In this document: positions 49,702 through 60,100 of the stretch, one piece after another
Layout: each line of letters starts with the position of its first letter
How positions within the stretch are numbered: position 1 is the first letter of the stretch
Made by a program: the position numbers and the translations under genes
Assembly: GCA_963708045.1 (NCBI GenBank)
Contig: OY970181.1
Coordinates: 131,740-195,739, forward strand
Source: an uncultured bacterium
Lineage (GTDB): Bacteria > Patescibacteriota > Patescibacteriia > CAIQCM01
DNA length: 64,000 nucleotides
Reading direction: 5' to 3'
Notes under the pieces: generated by a model
The model's input: only the letters and a program-made list of their open reading frames with translations
Databases searched by the model: none
Told to the model about the DNA's origin: nothing

Positions 49702-49869
49702 TTTCAGCGTTCGTTTGGGGGAGGAGGGTGTCTGCGATCCCGAAGGGCAATCGTAGCACTGGTGCCAAGGTTAGGAGAATCGGACTTGTCTGATTCGGCC
49801 CAACCAGAAACGCCGCTCTTATGTCGAGCTTGCTCAACAACAACTACTTCCCCAAACGAGCGCCTGAAA
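49702..49869 (+). ncRNA. Candidate structured RNA
   Basis: Closing stem GCGTTCGTTTGGGGGAG/CTTCCCCAAACGAGCGC enclosing two internal hairpins. Confidence 0.4.
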
Positions 49870-50260
49870 ATGCATAAGCGTCCTTTGATGGTCTTTGCCA
49901 TACCGATAAAGATGACAAGACAAAGGCAACATGCAAAACAAAACCCATTCTGGCTACGCCAACGCGGCTAATGGTCAAGTCTCCGCACGGACTTGGGCGT
50001 GTCACACGGTGGCGGCGAAGGTGAAACGATTTTCACTTCGCCGCCACCGCTACCGATCTAAGGAATGTTCACGTGAAAATTCTTTTGATCGGTTCAGTAA
50101 CAACTGAATCAAATGCACCTTGAATCAAAACGGACTGATTTGGGGGTTGGAGGGGCCCTATAATTATTGAACATCTTTTTTGTTCGCCATAGGCCAATTT
50201 ACCAACCCCAACATCAGTCCGTTTTTGTATCACAACCCAGAAAACCAGAGGAGATTCCAG

Positions 50261-50752
50261 ATGAGTAAAAAAGTATCCGTTTTAGTGGTCGGCAATAATA
50301 ATTTTTCCAAGATGGTTGAACAGCGATTCAACGTTAGTAGCCGCCTTGGCGTTGCCGATTTACAAATACTTTCAGTCGGAGACGTCGGAGACGCGCACGA
50401 CATTCTCCTACTTGGAGAAGAAATGATTGACGCAATTTTCGTTCAGGGCGACAACCCCTTTGCGATTAGCCTGCTTCGATCAAGTGGCTTTGGTGGACAC
50501 TTTGCCGCATTTGGTGGCGAGTCAATGGACGTTGATGAGGCACACAAATTTGATGTTGTGCTTCACAACGACACGCCAAATGGCATAACGCAGGCAATTT
50601 GCTTGCTACTCCAATATCTCAACCTAACCTCGGATGACGGCATTGAGTTTATGCCCGACGACGAAGTCCAACTGGTTGAAGACGAGGGTTGGAACGTGGA
50701 TTCAAAGGTACTTCGCGCGATCGGCGATTTTGACGCGCAGGCAGCGAGCTAA
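50261..50752 (+). CDS. Hypothetical protein (possible degenerate receiver-like fold)
   Basis: GAGGAG RBS; VSVLVVG...IDAIFVQ beta/alpha pattern; acidic tail. Confidence 0.6.
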   Translation: MSKKVSVLVVGNNNFSKMVEQRFNVSSRLGVADLQILSVGDVGDAHDILLLGEEMIDAIFVQGDNPFAISLLRSSGFGGHFAAFGGESMDVDEAHKFDVVLHNDTPNGITQAICLLLQYLNLTSDDGIEFMPDDEVQLVEDEGWNVDSKVLRAIGDFDAQAAS

Positions 50753-50922
50753 CGCCGAACGCTGGCGCGGAACAGACAACCCTGTCTGTTCCGCGTCTCA
50801 ACTTTATGAGCGAAACCAGATTCCTTATTACTTGCCCATATTCTAAGGTGTAAAATACATAAACGAGGATCAATTTAAAAAATTTTTCTCGTCATCAAAA
50901 GTTAATCGTTAATAATTACACA

Positions 50923-50960
50923 GCATCACATTAAATCGCGATCGCGATTTAATGTGATGC
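50923..50960. repeat. Perfect 38-bp palindrome
   Basis: GCATCACATTAAATCGCGA|TCGCGATTTAATGTGATGC. Confidence 0.9.
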
Positions 50961-51198
50961 GAGGGTTTAATCTATTACTGTTAGCTTAGACGACCTTGGT
51001 TGCTTAAAAGATTTTTTAAATTGCTCCTTGTCCGCTGTCCAATAATTTCTTCCAACTTTTACCGATCGGATAAAGTCGGAAGAAAATAAACAGCGACCAG
51101 AAACGAGCAAAAAATTTCGTATACGGACAAAAACATTTTTCGGGAAATGTTTAGTCCAAAGAACCTTCACATCAATTCCCGAATACGGAGACAACATC

Positions 51199-51993
51199 AT
51201 GGAACATTGTAAGTTTTTAGGAATTACTCTTCCAGGCCATTCCTTGCCAATCTGTTCTGGCAAAGCGGATGTACAGCAATTGATCATGCCGCGGAGAGGA
51301 CAATCTGAATCTAAACAGTACAAACCAGAAATGGTCGAGGCAATTTGCAATCATTGCTTGGCGACCATGAAAGATGCTCACTCGTCTAGGGGTAGTTCTT
51401 TAGAGCTGGTCGCTGTATACACCGAGATTGCCCTTGTTGAAAAGTTTCATGCGATCAGTTTGGGGAATGGAGAAGGGATGAATCTTCGCCAAGGATTATG
51501 TTCGCGTAAAGAATGCGCAAACAGTCTGCCACATATCGGCATACAAGCAATCCAATTCCAAGGAGAAGCATTCCCAATCTGCCACAGATGTAAGCACGCA
51601 TCTATGATAGCTGCCATAAAACACACGGACATGCGTCTATTTCCTGGCCCTATCGCTGATGTATTCATCGCTGCAAGAAAAAATCAGCAGCGTCAACAGG
51701 ACAAGTTGGCAAAACGTACAAACCCCAATGCCGCACAAATAGCAGCAGAGGAGAAACTAAGAAAGGAAGAGACCCAACGTCAAGCAGATGAAGCGGCAAG
51801 AAAAGTCGCAGAAGAAAAACGAGAGCAAGAGCTCAAACAGCGAGACGAACGATTTGTGTTTATGTTCGATTGTTTTCCGCGCACATCAGACATTACGCCC
51901 ATCACCCCCGCGCCGACGCCAAAAAAGAAGGGGCCGGCTGATCTCAGGGTTGTCGGCAGCCTAGAGGACAGGCGACGGGGCACGCGTTCCTAG
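51199..51993 (+). CDS. Hypothetical protein with CxxC motifs and a coiled coil
   Basis: GGAG RBS; CNHC, CSRKEC, CHRC; E/K/R-rich helix; hairpin at 52017-52063. Confidence 0.65.
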   Translation: MEHCKFLGITLPGHSLPICSGKADVQQLIMPRRGQSESKQYKPEMVEAICNHCLATMKDAHSSRGSSLELVAVYTEIALVEKFHAISLGNGEGMNLRQGLCSRKECANSLPHIGIQAIQFQGEAFPICHRCKHASMIAAIKHTDMRLFPGPIADVFIAARKNQQRQQDKLAKRTNPNAAQIAAEEKLRKEETQRQADEAARKVAEEKREQELKQRDERFVFMFDCFPRTSDITPITPAPTPKKKGPADLRVVGSLEDRRRGTRS

Positions 51994-52124
51994 CCTGAAT
52001 CTCTTCACACGCCTTCGCGCCGGACTTAAGCAAGTTGATAAGCTCAACTCTTAAGTCCGGCGCATCAGATTTAAGTTCATAATCAAAAAACGATTGCGGA
52101 CTTAAAACTGATAAAACAACTATC

Positions 52125-52153
52125 TTGACAAAACCGTTTTTTGCGACTACAAT
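52125..52153 (+). promoter_or_regulatory. Near-consensus sigma70 promoter
   Basis: TTGACA-17 nt-TACAAT. Confidence 0.7.
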
Positions 52154-52159
52154 TTAATT

Positions 52160-52359
52160 TATGCAAAATTCGCGGCCGAACATCGGCTGCGGTGCGGCAC
52201 TGCCGCCGAATAGAAACATTAAAGCGACGTTTCAACTTAACGTTGAAACAAATCTCTCTCCTCTTCGCTTTTTGACTTCGACTCGGCATTGCATTTCGCC
52301 AATCCGCAGCCTATGTTTCGCCACGAGGCAAAACCCTCCGATGATTATCGGAGGGTTTT
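52160..52359 (+). ncRNA. Rod-shaped ncRNA, 6S-like candidate
   Basis: Own promoter and terminator (52330-52359); nested stems GGCTGCGG/CCGCAGCC, TGCCG/CGGCA, AAAGCGA/TCGCTTT, GTTTCAAC/GTTGAAAC. Confidence 0.6.
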
Positions 52360-52378
52360 GAATTAATAGGATAGAGCG

Positions 52379-52703
52379 AACGAACTCCCCCTACCCCCTC
52401 TTTTGCAAAGAGTGGGCAAAGACTGGTTAAATCTCACAAGGCACCATTATAAAAAGAGGGGGATAAAATCGCGAAAAAATCTTAGTCCTCCCTTTGGTAA
52501 AAGGGAGGGTAGGGAGAGTTCTTAACGTATCTATGACGATAATGTTTTAAAAATACCGATGGAGTTTTGCAAACGATCTTTAAAACTGTGCAAAAATTGA
52601 TGCGGCGTTCGTAACCCCTCCTACCTCCCCTTACCTCCGACGTTTTGACCTCTTAAAATAATTTGGAGGTCGGAGTCCGATCAACATCGGACCTAAGGGG
52701 AGG
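52379..52703 (+). repeat. Composite CCCTCCC/GGGAGGG hairpin element
   Basis: 52379-52522 matches 61488-61633; 52479-52635 matches the reverse complement of 34550-34720. Confidence 0.8.
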
Positions 52704-53033
52704 AAAAGATTTGTTGTACGTTTTATCAGATTTTTTCTATACCCATAGTTTTAACCTTCTCTTTCGGCTCGAGACTGATCTCCGCCAAAGGCGGATCTAC
52801 CCTCGGGTATGACACCTTTTGCGTAAGGGCAAAAGATCTCATGGCTACGTATTTTAGATGAAATTTCATTCAAACATTAAAGCATCTTTCCCCTCCCTTA
52901 AGGTAAGGGAGGGGAAAGTGGGTTATGAGTGTATGGAGGAAGAGTTGTTTCTTATTAAAAATATTCCATCGTGCGACATTGAGGCGTTCTTCCCTCTTTA
53001 TCATAACCGTATTTCCTGCTATATTTCTTAAAT

Positions 53034-55292
53034 ATGTCCCGCAAAAAATCAAACAAACTTGTTCGTTGGCATTGGGAAGTTTCGCCGGAGGTAGAACGCT
53101 CTATTTCCGCGGTTGTGCTGATTGCTTTGGGTGTGCTTTTTGGAATGGCTTATTTTGGTTCGGCCGGCGTGGTTGGGCGCTACTTGGACGCCGGACTGGG
53201 CTTTGTTTTTGGCCTTGATCGCTTTATTGTTTCTATTGTTTTCATTGGCCTTGGCTTAACCCTACTTTTTCGCGGCCACCTGCGTGCCACGGTTTTGCTA
53301 GGCGCATTTTTTTCACTGCTTTCCTTAAACGCCCTTGTCCAAATAATTACTATTCCCGCGGGTGCGACAATGCCGATGAGCGCGGGCGGCGGCGCCCTTG
53401 GACTGTTTTTGGCGAATCCGCTTGTTAAAATGCTTTCTCTTTCCGGCGCGGTGGTTATTTTATGCGCCATCCTTATCGCTGGACTAGTGCTTATTTTTGA
53501 CGCTTCGCTTGCCTCTTTTGGCGAAGCGCTAAAATTTATTACTATTCCTTTTAGAAAACTTTTTGCACCGGCCGCTTCAACTTTACCCAAACAAAAACCA
53601 ACCACGATTAAGGGCATAGACGACTCGCCTGTTGAAGAGCCCGAGGAAAAACCGGAAGAAGACGAGGAGGAAGAGGAACAAGAAGAAGAAAAAGAAAATT
53701 TGAAAACAAAAACCGCCGCCGTCCCCGAGCCGGTCTTTACCGTTGCCCCACTTCCACGCCGCATCCATCGCCGAATTGAAATTCCGCTTGATTTGCTTGA
53801 AACAAAAAGCGGTAAAGCTTCGGCCGGCGACATTCGCGCCAACCAAGAAGTCATTCGTCGGACATTGGAGCAATTTAATATTCCCGTTGAAATGGGCGAC
53901 GTTTCGGTTGGCCCAACCGTCACGCAATATACGCTAAAGCCATCCGAGGGCGTCAAACTTTCTAAAATTATTAATCTTTCAAACGACCTCGCGCTCGCGC
54001 TCGCGGCGCATCCGATTCGTATTGAAGCGCCAATCCCAGGCAAGTCACTCGTCGGCATTGAAGTACCTAACCAAACCGTTGCCATCGTTAAAATCCGCGA
54101 AGGCGTTGAAGCGCCAAATTTCCATTTGGAAAAACATATTTTGCCAATTGTTTTAGGGAAAGACGTGGCTGGCGAACCGTGGGTTGCCGACGTTACCAGA
54201 ATGCCGCATATGCTCGTTGCCGGCGCGACTGGTTCGGGAAAAACTGTTTGTCTGAACACGATTATTGTGTCGCTGCTTTTCCGCCTTGGACCCGACGACC
54301 TAAAGTTTATTATGATTGACCCGAAGCGCGTGGAACTGCCGTGCTACAACGGCATCCCCCACTTGCTCACGCCGGTTATTACCGAAGTTCCCAAAATCGT
54401 TAATTCGCTCAAGTGGTGCATTACGGAAATGGAACGCCGCTTTGATTTGCTTGCCAAACTTGGCCGACGCGACATTGCTTCGTACAACAAAGAGGTTGAT
54501 GAAACGATCAAAAAAAATCCCGAGTCCCCGCTTTCGCGCTTGCCATACATCGTTGTCGTCATTGACGAACTTGCCGACCTGATGGCGACTTCGTCCCAAG
54601 AAGTTGAAGGTTCAATTGTTCGTTTGGCTCAGCTTGCCCGCGCCATTGGCATTCACCTCATCGTTGCAACTCAGCGCCCATCGGTTGACGTTATCACCGG
54701 TTTAATTAAAGCCAACATCACGACGCGCATTGCCTTTGCCGTTGCCACTTCCACCGACTCACGCACGATTATTGACACCTCGGGCGCGGAAAAATTACTC
54801 GGCCGCGGCGACATGCTTTACACCACCGCCGAACTTTCCAAACCAAAACGCATTCAGGGCGCTTATGTAAACGACGAAGAAATTCGCCGCGTGGTTGAAT
54901 ATCTTAAGTCGCACGCCGACGGCGAACCCGAGTACCGCACCGACATTGTTGATCGGCCAAAAGCAATGGGGCCGTCCGGCGAATCTTACGATGATTCCGA
55001 AGACGATCTTTTGCCAGAAGCGCGCGACTTGGTCGTTGCCGCTGGCAAAGCCTCGGCTTCGCTTTTGCAACGCCGACTAAAAGTCGGTTACGCGCGCGCC
55101 GCCCGCTTGCTAGACTTAATGGAAACACAGGGCGTAATCGGTCCAGGCGACGGCGCCAAACCGCGCGCGATTCTTGTAAAACGTTCCACGGCTGGAATCC
55201 CAACACCCGGAGATGAATCCGCCGGATCTGTAACAATTTTCGCGGATGAAATATCAGAACCGAGCGACGATGATGACAAAGAGAATATTTAA
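53034..55292 (+). CDS. ftsK: DNA translocase FtsK/SpoIIIE
   Basis: N-terminal TMs; RIEAPIPGK, HMLVAGATGSGKT, IDELADLM, ATQRPSVDVITG; gamma domain SASLLQRRLKVGYARAAR. Confidence 0.97.
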   Translation: MSRKKSNKLVRWHWEVSPEVERSISAVVLIALGVLFGMAYFGSAGVVGRYLDAGLGFVFGLDRFIVSIVFIGLGLTLLFRGHLRATVLLGAFFSLLSLNALVQIITIPAGATMPMSAGGGALGLFLANPLVKMLSLSGAVVILCAILIAGLVLIFDASLASFGEALKFITIPFRKLFAPAASTLPKQKPTTIKGIDDSPVEEPEEKPEEDEEEEEQEEEKENLKTKTAAVPEPVFTVAPLPRRIHRRIEIPLDLLETKSGKASAGDIRANQEVIRRTLEQFNIPVEMGDVSVGPTVTQYTLKPSEGVKLSKIINLSNDLALALAAHPIRIEAPIPGKSLVGIEVPNQTVAIVKIREGVEAPNFHLEKHILPIVLGKDVAGEPWVADVTRMPHMLVAGATGSGKTVCLNTIIVSLLFRLGPDDLKFIMIDPKRVELPCYNGIPHLLTPVITEVPKIVNSLKWCITEMERRFDLLAKLGRRDIASYNKEVDETIKKNPESPLSRLPYIVVVIDELADLMATSSQEVEGSIVRLAQLARAIGIHLIVATQRPSVDVITGLIKANITTRIAFAVATSTDSRTIIDTSGAEKLLGRGDMLYTTAELSKPKRIQGAYVNDEEIRRVVEYLKSHADGEPEYRTDIVDRPKAMGPSGESYDDSEDDLLPEARDLVVAAGKASASLLQRRLKVGYARAARLLDLMETQGVIGPGDGAKPRAILVKRSTAGIPTPGDESAGSVTIFADEISEPSDDDDKENI

Positions 55293-55315
55293 CCAAATAC
55301 CTAATATCTACTCAC

Positions 55316-55440
55316 GGCGTCATTCCGAGCCTGTCCGGTCGCTCTGTCCAAGGCTCGGCCGAGCTCAGCTCGGCGAGGAATCACGAAGCTTGCTAGAGAC
55401 TTTGGGTTCCCTCATCGCTTCGGCTCTTCGGGATGACGCC
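55316..55440. repeat. Palindromic element, GTCATTCCGAGC...CGGGATGAC family
   Basis: Same termini as the family; carries an inner GCCGAGCTCAGCTCGGC palindrome. Confidence 0.8.
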
Positions 55441-55469
55441 AAAACGGATTAGGTATTAGATATTCATAA

Positions 55470-55859
55470 ATGTCCCACTCCTTCCCGCCACAGCCCATTA
55501 AAAACAACCAACTCTTCGCCTCACACCGAGCGAAGAGTGTTGTTTATATCGTTGGTTTTTTTATTTTGGTCGTGGCGATAATTGTTTGGGAAATAATCCG
55601 CGTGACCGCGCCGCCGCTGCTTATTATCAACAATCCGCCGGACAATCTGTTGTCCAACCAAGCGACGATTGTCGTTTCCGGCCGCGCCGCGCCCAATTCA
55701 ACCGTTGTCATTAACGACGAATTTACCGCGACCGATCTTTCGGGAAACTTTAACGAAACTTTGGACTTGCGCACCGGACTAAATGTCATTACTATTAGTG
55801 CGTCCAAACGCTTTGCCAAACCGAATGTTATATATAGGAGGGTGGTGGTGGCGAAATAA
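55470..55859 (+). CDS. Membrane-anchored protein with a small Ig-like domain
   Basis: TM helix, then PPLLIINNPPD...VSG...GNFNETLDLRTGLNVITISA. Confidence 0.75.
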   Translation: MSHSFPPQPIKNNQLFASHRAKSVVYIVGFFILVVAIIVWEIIRVTAPPLLIINNPPDNLLSNQATIVVSGRAAPNSTVVINDEFTATDLSGNFNETLDLRTGLNVITISASKRFAKPNVIYRRVVVAK

Positions 55860-55943
55860 CTTTTAACTGTTAACTTTTAACTTTTCTGGTAAAATCAATG
55901 GTCTAAGAAGTTAAAAGTTAAAAGTTAAAACCTAAAAGTTAAC
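55858..55943. repeat. Inverted AACTTTT/AAAAGTT heptamer cassette upstream of recA
   Basis: Four units, 20-nt spacer, five inverted units. Confidence 0.85.
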
Positions 55944-55952
55944 AAAAAACGT

Positions 55953-57026
55953 ATGGCCAAAAAAGATGTGAATCCTCGCTTTGCCGCCGCGATGGAGGCG
56001 ATGAAGCAAATTAAGGAAAAATTCGGCGAAGGCTCCATAATGAAGTTTGGCGAAGCCGGACATATGAAGGTGGACAGCATTCCCTCGGGTTGCGCGTCCT
56101 TAGACATTGCCCTTGGTTGCGGCGGTTTTCCGCGCGGCCGCGTGGTTGAAGTCTTTGGACCGGAAGCTTCGGGAAAAACCACTCTTGCTCAACACGTGGT
56201 TGCCGAAATTCAGCGCCAAGGCGGCATTGCCGCTTTCGTTGACGCCGAACACGCTCTTGACCCCGAGTATGCCCGCAAAATTGGCGTTAAAGTTGACGAG
56301 CTGCTTATTTCGCAACCAGACAATGGTGAACAAGCTTTGGACATTGTGGAAACACTTGTCCGCTCCAATGCTGTTGACGTGATTGTTGTTGACTCGGTCG
56401 CGGCGCTCGTCCCCAAAGCGGAAATTGAAGGCGATATGGGCGATCAGCATATGGGCTTGCAAGCGCGACTGATGTCACAAGCGCTTCGCAAACTAACGCC
56501 GGTTATTTCTTCATCGCACACCTGCCTTATTTTCATTAACCAAACGCGAATGAAGATCGGCGTCTTCTTTGGCAACCCCGAAACAACGACCGGCGGCAAT
56601 GCCCTAAAGTTTTACGCTTCGGTGCGCATAGAAATTCGCCGCGCCGCGCAACTTAAGAAGGATGAGCGCGTTATCGGCAACCGTGTAAAAGTTAAGATCG
56701 TCAAAAACAAAGTCGCGCCACCTTTCCGCAACACGGAGTTTGATATTATGTACAACGAAGGCATTTCCGTGACCGGCGACCTTGTTGACACAGCCACGCT
56801 TTGGGAAATCGTCAAAAAAAGTGGTAACTCGTATTCCTACGGCGAAGTTAGACTCGGCGTTGGCCGCGAAGCCAGCAAACTTTTCCTAAGAGAACATCCA
56901 GAAGTTTTTGAAGACATTAGAAAAGACCTCTTCGCCGCCGTCGCCGCCAAAGAAGTTGAAAACAACAACGTCGGCGGTTCGTCGGTTGCCGAAGCGCCAG
57001 CGAGCGAAGAAAATAAGGAGGCATAA
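55953..57026 (+). CDS. recA: Recombinase RecA
   Basis: [47 protein letters not shown]. Confidence 0.99.
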   Translation: MAKKDVNPRFAAAMEAMKQIKEKFGEGSIMKFGEAGHMKVDSIPSGCASLDIALGCGGFPRGRVVEVFGPEASGKTTLAQHVVAEIQRQGGIAAFVDAEHALDPEYARKIGVKVDELLISQPDNGEQALDIVETLVRSNAVDVIVVDSVAALVPKAEIEGDMGDQHMGLQARLMSQALRKLTPVISSSHTCLIFINQTRMKIGVFFGNPETTTGGNALKFYASVRIEIRRAAQLKKDERVIGNRVKVKIVKNKVAPPFRNTEFDIMYNEGISVTGDLVDTATLWEIVKKSGNSYSYGEVRLGVGREASKLFLREHPEVFEDIRKDLFAAVAAKEVENNNVGGSSVAEAPASEENKEA

Positions 57027-57089
57027 CACCCCTCACCCGGCCTTCGGCCACCCTCTCCCACACTTGGGCGAGGGTTTTCCGACCAAACA

Positions 57090-57122
57090 AAAATCACCCC
57101 GATGACTATCGGGGTGATTTTT
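57090..57122. terminator. Bidirectional terminator
   Basis: AAAATCACCCCGAT-gact-ATCGGGGTGATTTT between convergent genes. Confidence 0.8.
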
Positions 57123-57136
57123 GTTTTAGATAATTT

Positions 57137-60100
57137 TTAGTGAACGACGCAAACAATGTCTGGATCTGCGCCGGTTCTATAAAAGGCTCCAGCGGACAAT
57201 CCGCCAGTTATTGCAGCCGCGTTGTTCGCGTAAACAGGAAGACCGATGACCTGCAATTTACTAGTCGGTACCGCTGTTCCAATGCCGACATTACCATTGT
57301 ACAAAATAGTCATTGCTCTTGCGAGCACTCCATCTTCTAAAGGAGTAGTATCAAAGAATAAACTTGCTCCTGTGTGGGTGACTGAATTATCTGTAATAGT
57401 ACTGCCAATTCTGGCGCTATTAACTAAGGTTGTAGCATTGCCAGCACCACTTAGATAGTTTGTGGCTCTAAATAAAATGCCTCCACCATGACCTCCATAA
57501 GGCAAAGTATTGGCCGCGGCTGAAATTGTCAGAATGTCGGAATAACTCGTTCTAACTCCGGTTTCCAAACGATAAACTTCTCCTTTGGTTCCTGGCGTCG
57601 CCGTCCCAATGCCAACGTTGCCGCTTGATCCTGACTGTAACAATACCGATGAGCCGTCAATTTTGACCGGATTAGAATAGCCGGCGGTTACAATTTGCAT
57701 AGCGGCGTTAACCACGGTGCCGTTGTATACCCATTTTATAGAACCGACACCGCCACCGCCCTGGCCGACGTAAATAGCACTATCAGCAGCCGTATCGCCA
57801 ACCACGATTGCCGTATTAGCCGTTAAAGCGCCTAGATCAGAACCAACAACCAGCTTTTCATTCGGCGTCGTCGTCCCAATGCCAACATTACCATCTGACT
57901 GCATTGTCATTACGGTCACATCGGCGAGTTGGGCAGCGCTGTCGGCATTTTTTAAATTTATGTCAAACCTAGTTTTAGGAGCGGTAGCAACACCAGCCGA
58001 ATATCTTCCAATCGTAAAATCAACTATTTCAGGCCATACAAGACCATCTATATTTGGCCTTCCTAATCGTTGAACAATTTGTTGACCAACTGCATATTGT
58101 GTACTTGTTCCCGAAACCGTTTCTAGCTTCGCCCCCGGACTCGACGTCCCAATACCAACATTGCCGTTGGATAATATGGACATAGCGTTTGTCCAAGAAA
58201 TAGTATTTCCAGCCGTTCCACTGGGCGCAACGAGAAAAATTAATCCATCACTAGATTTGATCATCGCCGCATAATTGCTTACTGCGTAGGTTTGAGTATC
58301 ACCGGTACCCTGATAAGCGTTCCAACCCATCCAAGCATCACCATTAGAACGACTTACGCCCATCGTAAGTGGGCGATTTGCCCCTGAACCAAAATACAAC
58401 TCAAAACTTTTTCCTGGAGCCCCCGCCCCTTCAACAATAGATAGTTTACTTCCTGGCGACGTTGTTCCAATACCAACGTTGCCGGTATTGTTACTATATA
58501 TATTGTTTCCTGACGCAGTCCAATAGTTTGTGCCACCAGCAGCCGGCCACGAAGTTTTACAGTTACCGGCAATACACAAACTTGTGCCATTTACTTCGCC
58601 GTTCACATCAAGCAAATAGCTTGGCGTGGCCGTACCAATGCCCAAGCGGCCGATGGAGGTAAGACGCATAACTTCTCCAACCACACCAGCATTTCTCATT
58701 TGAAAGACTAAGTCACCAGCAGTTGATCCTACGGTATGACTGGTAAAAACTGCGGAGATGAAAGATGTTCCTACTATACTACCCGCAGTATCACCGGTGG
58801 AAAAACGCAGAGAGGCGCCATTGTTAACGGTGGCGTTGGGATTAGTAATTCTAATAGCGGGATTAGGAACAGTGGTCGCGGTATAGGTTGTTGCGTCGGA
58901 CGCCGCTACGTCAAGTAAGCTGTTTGGGACGGTTGTCCCAATGCCGACATATCCATTTGTCGCTAATTTCATTATCATCGTTGTACCACGAACAAAGAAC
59001 ATATTGCCGTTGGTCGTGTCTTCGGTGCGTAAGATAAGGTCGTTTGCAAGCGACCCCGTTACATATTGGCCAACACTCGTTGCCAAACCAAGAAAAACTT
59101 TAGCAACGCCGGCATTTTTTATATTTAGCGCTGGCGCGTTTGGCCCATCAATACTCATACCGTCAGCAATCGTGGTTGTATAGACATGGAGTTTGCTGGC
59201 CGGCGCCGAGGTTCCAATGCCGACGTTCGTTCCGTCATCAGCAACCTGCGAATCGCCAAGCGTCGCACCGTCGGGCGTAAACTTTGGCAAATAATTAAGC
59301 GTTCCCGAGCCAGAAATACTGCCACCGCTTCCGCTAGCAAATAAACATACGCGCCCAATATTGCTGGCGGAATAACTACTGGTGGTCCAAGCACCGCTTG
59401 TTGCCAAAGTATATATATAGCCGTCGTGAATAAACGACCCGCTCGGACTTGACCAATATGCTTTACCATCAACCGATCTTCCAGCTGTATAACCAGTTGA
59501 ACAACTGCTGGTGTTGGAATATACAATCGGAGCGCTATTTGACAAACACACACGGCCAGCAGTACCGGTACCGGCGGTGGTCCAGGTACCATCCGTCGCC
59601 AAAGTATACGAATTACCGTCGTGAATAAACGACCCGCTCGGACTTGACCAATACGCTTTACCATCAGTTGGTCTTCCGGCGGTATAACCAGCAGGACAAC
59701 TACTTGTTCCCGAGTAGATGATTGAAATTGGCGCGGAACCACTGCCCGACCCACCGCTTGGATTAGTGCCATTATAAGAGTGTGCCGAATGAGCTGCATA
59801 ACTAACAGTAACAAATTCATCTTGTCCAGCGACGACCGACATCCAATAAACTTGTCCCGAATTTGGATTATCCGGCGACGTAGCGATTCTCCAAGTTATA
59901 CCATCGGTTGATTCAATTATTGCCGGCGCGTTATATGCGGCAACTATCACAAACTTTCCATTTCCATAAGTTACATTATACCCAGAAGCGGCTGTGGCGC
60001 TTGTTCGTGAAGTCCAAGTAATACCATTAGGCGAAGTCATGATTTGCGTGCCCGCGCTAACTGCAACAAAAAGACCATTACCATAAGCAACTGAGATCCA

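Noticed and set aside
50967-51350. Excisionase-like ORF (RSVKVGRNYW) suggesting a prophage
   Set aside because: The resemblance is weak, the ORF overlaps a better-supported gene head to head, and no integrase or phage structural genes are nearby.
53180-54259. 359-aa antisense ORF within ftsK, and similar antisense ORFs in rpoB, rpoC and recA
   Set aside because: Antisense shadows of conserved genes.
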